Shown: positions 62,050 to 64,000 of the stretch, piece after piece
How positions within the stretch are numbered: position 1 is the first letter of the stretch
Layout: each line of letters starts with the position of its first letter
Source of the DNA: Squalus acanthias
Lineage: Eukaryota
Direction: 5' to 3'
Length of the DNA: 64,000 nucleotides
Assembly: GCA_030390025.1 (NCBI GenBank)
Contig: CM059432.1
Coordinates: 137,146,001-137,210,000, forward strand
Translations under genes and position numbers: made by a program
Notes under the pieces: model-generated
Databases searched by the model: none
What the model was told of the DNA's origin: nothing
The model's input: the letters and a program-made list of their open reading frames with translations, nothing else

Positions 62050-62759
62050 GACTACAATATCACATAAGCAGTCTAGCTTTGTTGAATGTCACAGTTTATC
62101 TGCTCATACCTAATGGATCATACAATACAAAGAATGCATTTAGACTTGACTTATCACCAGGATCATGATACACACACACACAGCCATGATAGAAAAGAAT
62201 AGTTTGCTGACATTAAGAATAAGTTATGAAATTTATCAAGGCTAGATCATCAGATACTGCAAGGCAGCAGACTGGCAAAAAAAATTAAAATCGATTACAT
62301 TTGACCGTGACACTTATCTTGATTATGCTAATTGCAAGATACAAATTAATATTAAAATTGATATGCTCATGGGCTGATGCTGATAAGAAAATTGTTCGCG
62401 ATCTTATGACAATATTCCTGGACAAATGAATGTGAGTTGACATTTGTACACGATAAACCAATGGTTCGTTCAGTTGGTACAATGAAAGGTGGAATTTTGA
62501 CCACTGCAGATCTAAGACAATGGGCCAGATGAAAATATAACGGCACCTGAACAACGCACACCATTATTAATGCGCAAATCAGCCAGCAACTTGTGGCGAG
62601 GAAGAGATACCCTGTGAATTGCGAATCACCACAAGTTGCGAGACGATTTGCGGCACTTCAGCCGTTAGCTTCACGAAAATGGCATCTCATCCTCATCCTC
62701 CTGTAGAACACACTATTTGCTGTAAAAGTTGACCAAAGTTTACCATCATTCTTCGCGAG

Positions 62760-64000
62760 GACAAAGACTGGTTGCTGTGAGAACTTTGCAAAATAAATTG
62801 TTTGACTTGTAAGCTGTAAAAGCTGCCAATTGTCTTTCAACAGATATGGAAAACAAGCTTATTGAAGTTCTGTGGGAACAGACTATTGACTGAAATCAGT
62901 GCAATAACAGCAACATCTTCAGACTATGGAATGTACCTAGCCTTGAAGGCCCACAGGTGCCTAACGGACTAGTGATAAGAGGGAAACAACTGCCGACCAT
63001 TATGCCGTATAGTTAGGGACACGTAGGCAATGGCAGGGTTACCAAATTTTGGGGTATAAAAGGTACTGGCCCAGAAATTGATCTCGCTCTGTTCCCGCGG
63101 GGGTAAGGCTTTCCCGCGATCTCTCACCTCGCTTGTGCTTTTTCAGATCCAGCTCGCACGAACTTGATGTTCTAGAGATCAGCTGGGCAGTGCTTGCGTA
63201 TCCCAGCGGCGTAGTGAATTCGTGCGAGCTGTGGGATCACGTGACTCAGTTAGAGCCAATGGCAGCACACCATCTTCCATTCATAAGTTTCACAGCACGG
63301 CTGTGAAATCTATGAATCTTACACCCCCCCAAAATAACAGCTAAACCTCAATTAAATTTTAAAAAAAAACCATCACATTAATAAAATAAGTATAGTTAAT
63401 TAAATTAACCATTTTAAATAAAAAATTAAATTTTTGAAAAAATTTAAAATCTTTTAAAAAGTTATAAAAATAAACTTACCTGTCTTTAAAGTCTCTAAAA
63501 AAGATATACCTGTTAAAAAAAATTCAAAAAAATACTTAATTCACTACTTACCTTCTTAAAAGTGGGTCTTACTCCTCCTTTTTACATTTCCAAAATCTTC
63601 CGTACTTACCTGCGCGTCCAAAGCATGAAGTGCACAGCGTGCGCGCAGCCTGTAGCGCGCACGCGATGCACCGAGGACCCGCCCCCTTTTCAGAAGAGCA
63701 ATTGCCGGTTTTCAGCGCATGCGCAGGGCATGCAGAAAACCGGCAATTGGAGTGGGAATACGCGAGAGTACGCAGTGCGTACTCTCGCGTCCCGGGAACA
63801 ATTTTCGGCCCATTGTTTCAAAACATTGGGGGCTGCAGTCGGGGCTATAGTCGCTGGTGACCTGGTCAGTTGCCAGTTAAAGTTAGTCATACGTCTAGTC
63901 ATCGTTGAAATGACCTCTCATCTGGTGAATAGTAATGTCTGTGATTTTGCTTATAATCACCTGAGCTTAAAGTAAATGATTTTTAGATGCTTGCTTGTAA
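62760..64000 (+). mobile_element. Possible LTR fragment interrupted by a MITE
   Basis: Strong TATA ggtataaaagg at about 63053-63063 in non-coding sequence; termini not identified. Confidence 0.35.
63068..63811. mobile_element. Harbinger-type MITE
   Basis: Imperfect TIRs ggcccagaaattg/caattttcggccc; flanks ACT/ATT; gcgcatgcgc motifs. Confidence 0.6.

Overview
Repeat-saturated vertebrate DNA, most consistent with a cartilaginous fish (shark-type CR1 LINEs, Deu-domain SINEs, Penelope-like elements). No host protein-coding gene could be confidently identified. Contents: (i) three distinct PIF/Harbinger elements, one structurally complete (30536-34778: perfect 16-bp TIRs, CTG TSD, intact DDE transposase, 3-exon Myb/SANT partner gene with one nonsense codon), plus many MITE derivatives; (ii) a deleted retrovirus-like provirus (51454-57046) with a 1.64-kb LTR, 4-bp TSD, PBS overlapping the gag ATG, in-frame gag-UGA-CUAG-pol junction and a degenerate RNase-H-like tether; (iii) a 1.68-kb and a 227-bp solo LTR; (iv) Penelope-like pieces with minimal hammerhead ribozyme motifs and a perfect 46-bp hairpin; (v) a near full-length CR1 stretched to about 19.6 kb by nested insertions, including a MITE-mediated inversion shown by swapped TSDs. 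All calls are by-eye; family assignments need database or phylogenetic confirmation.
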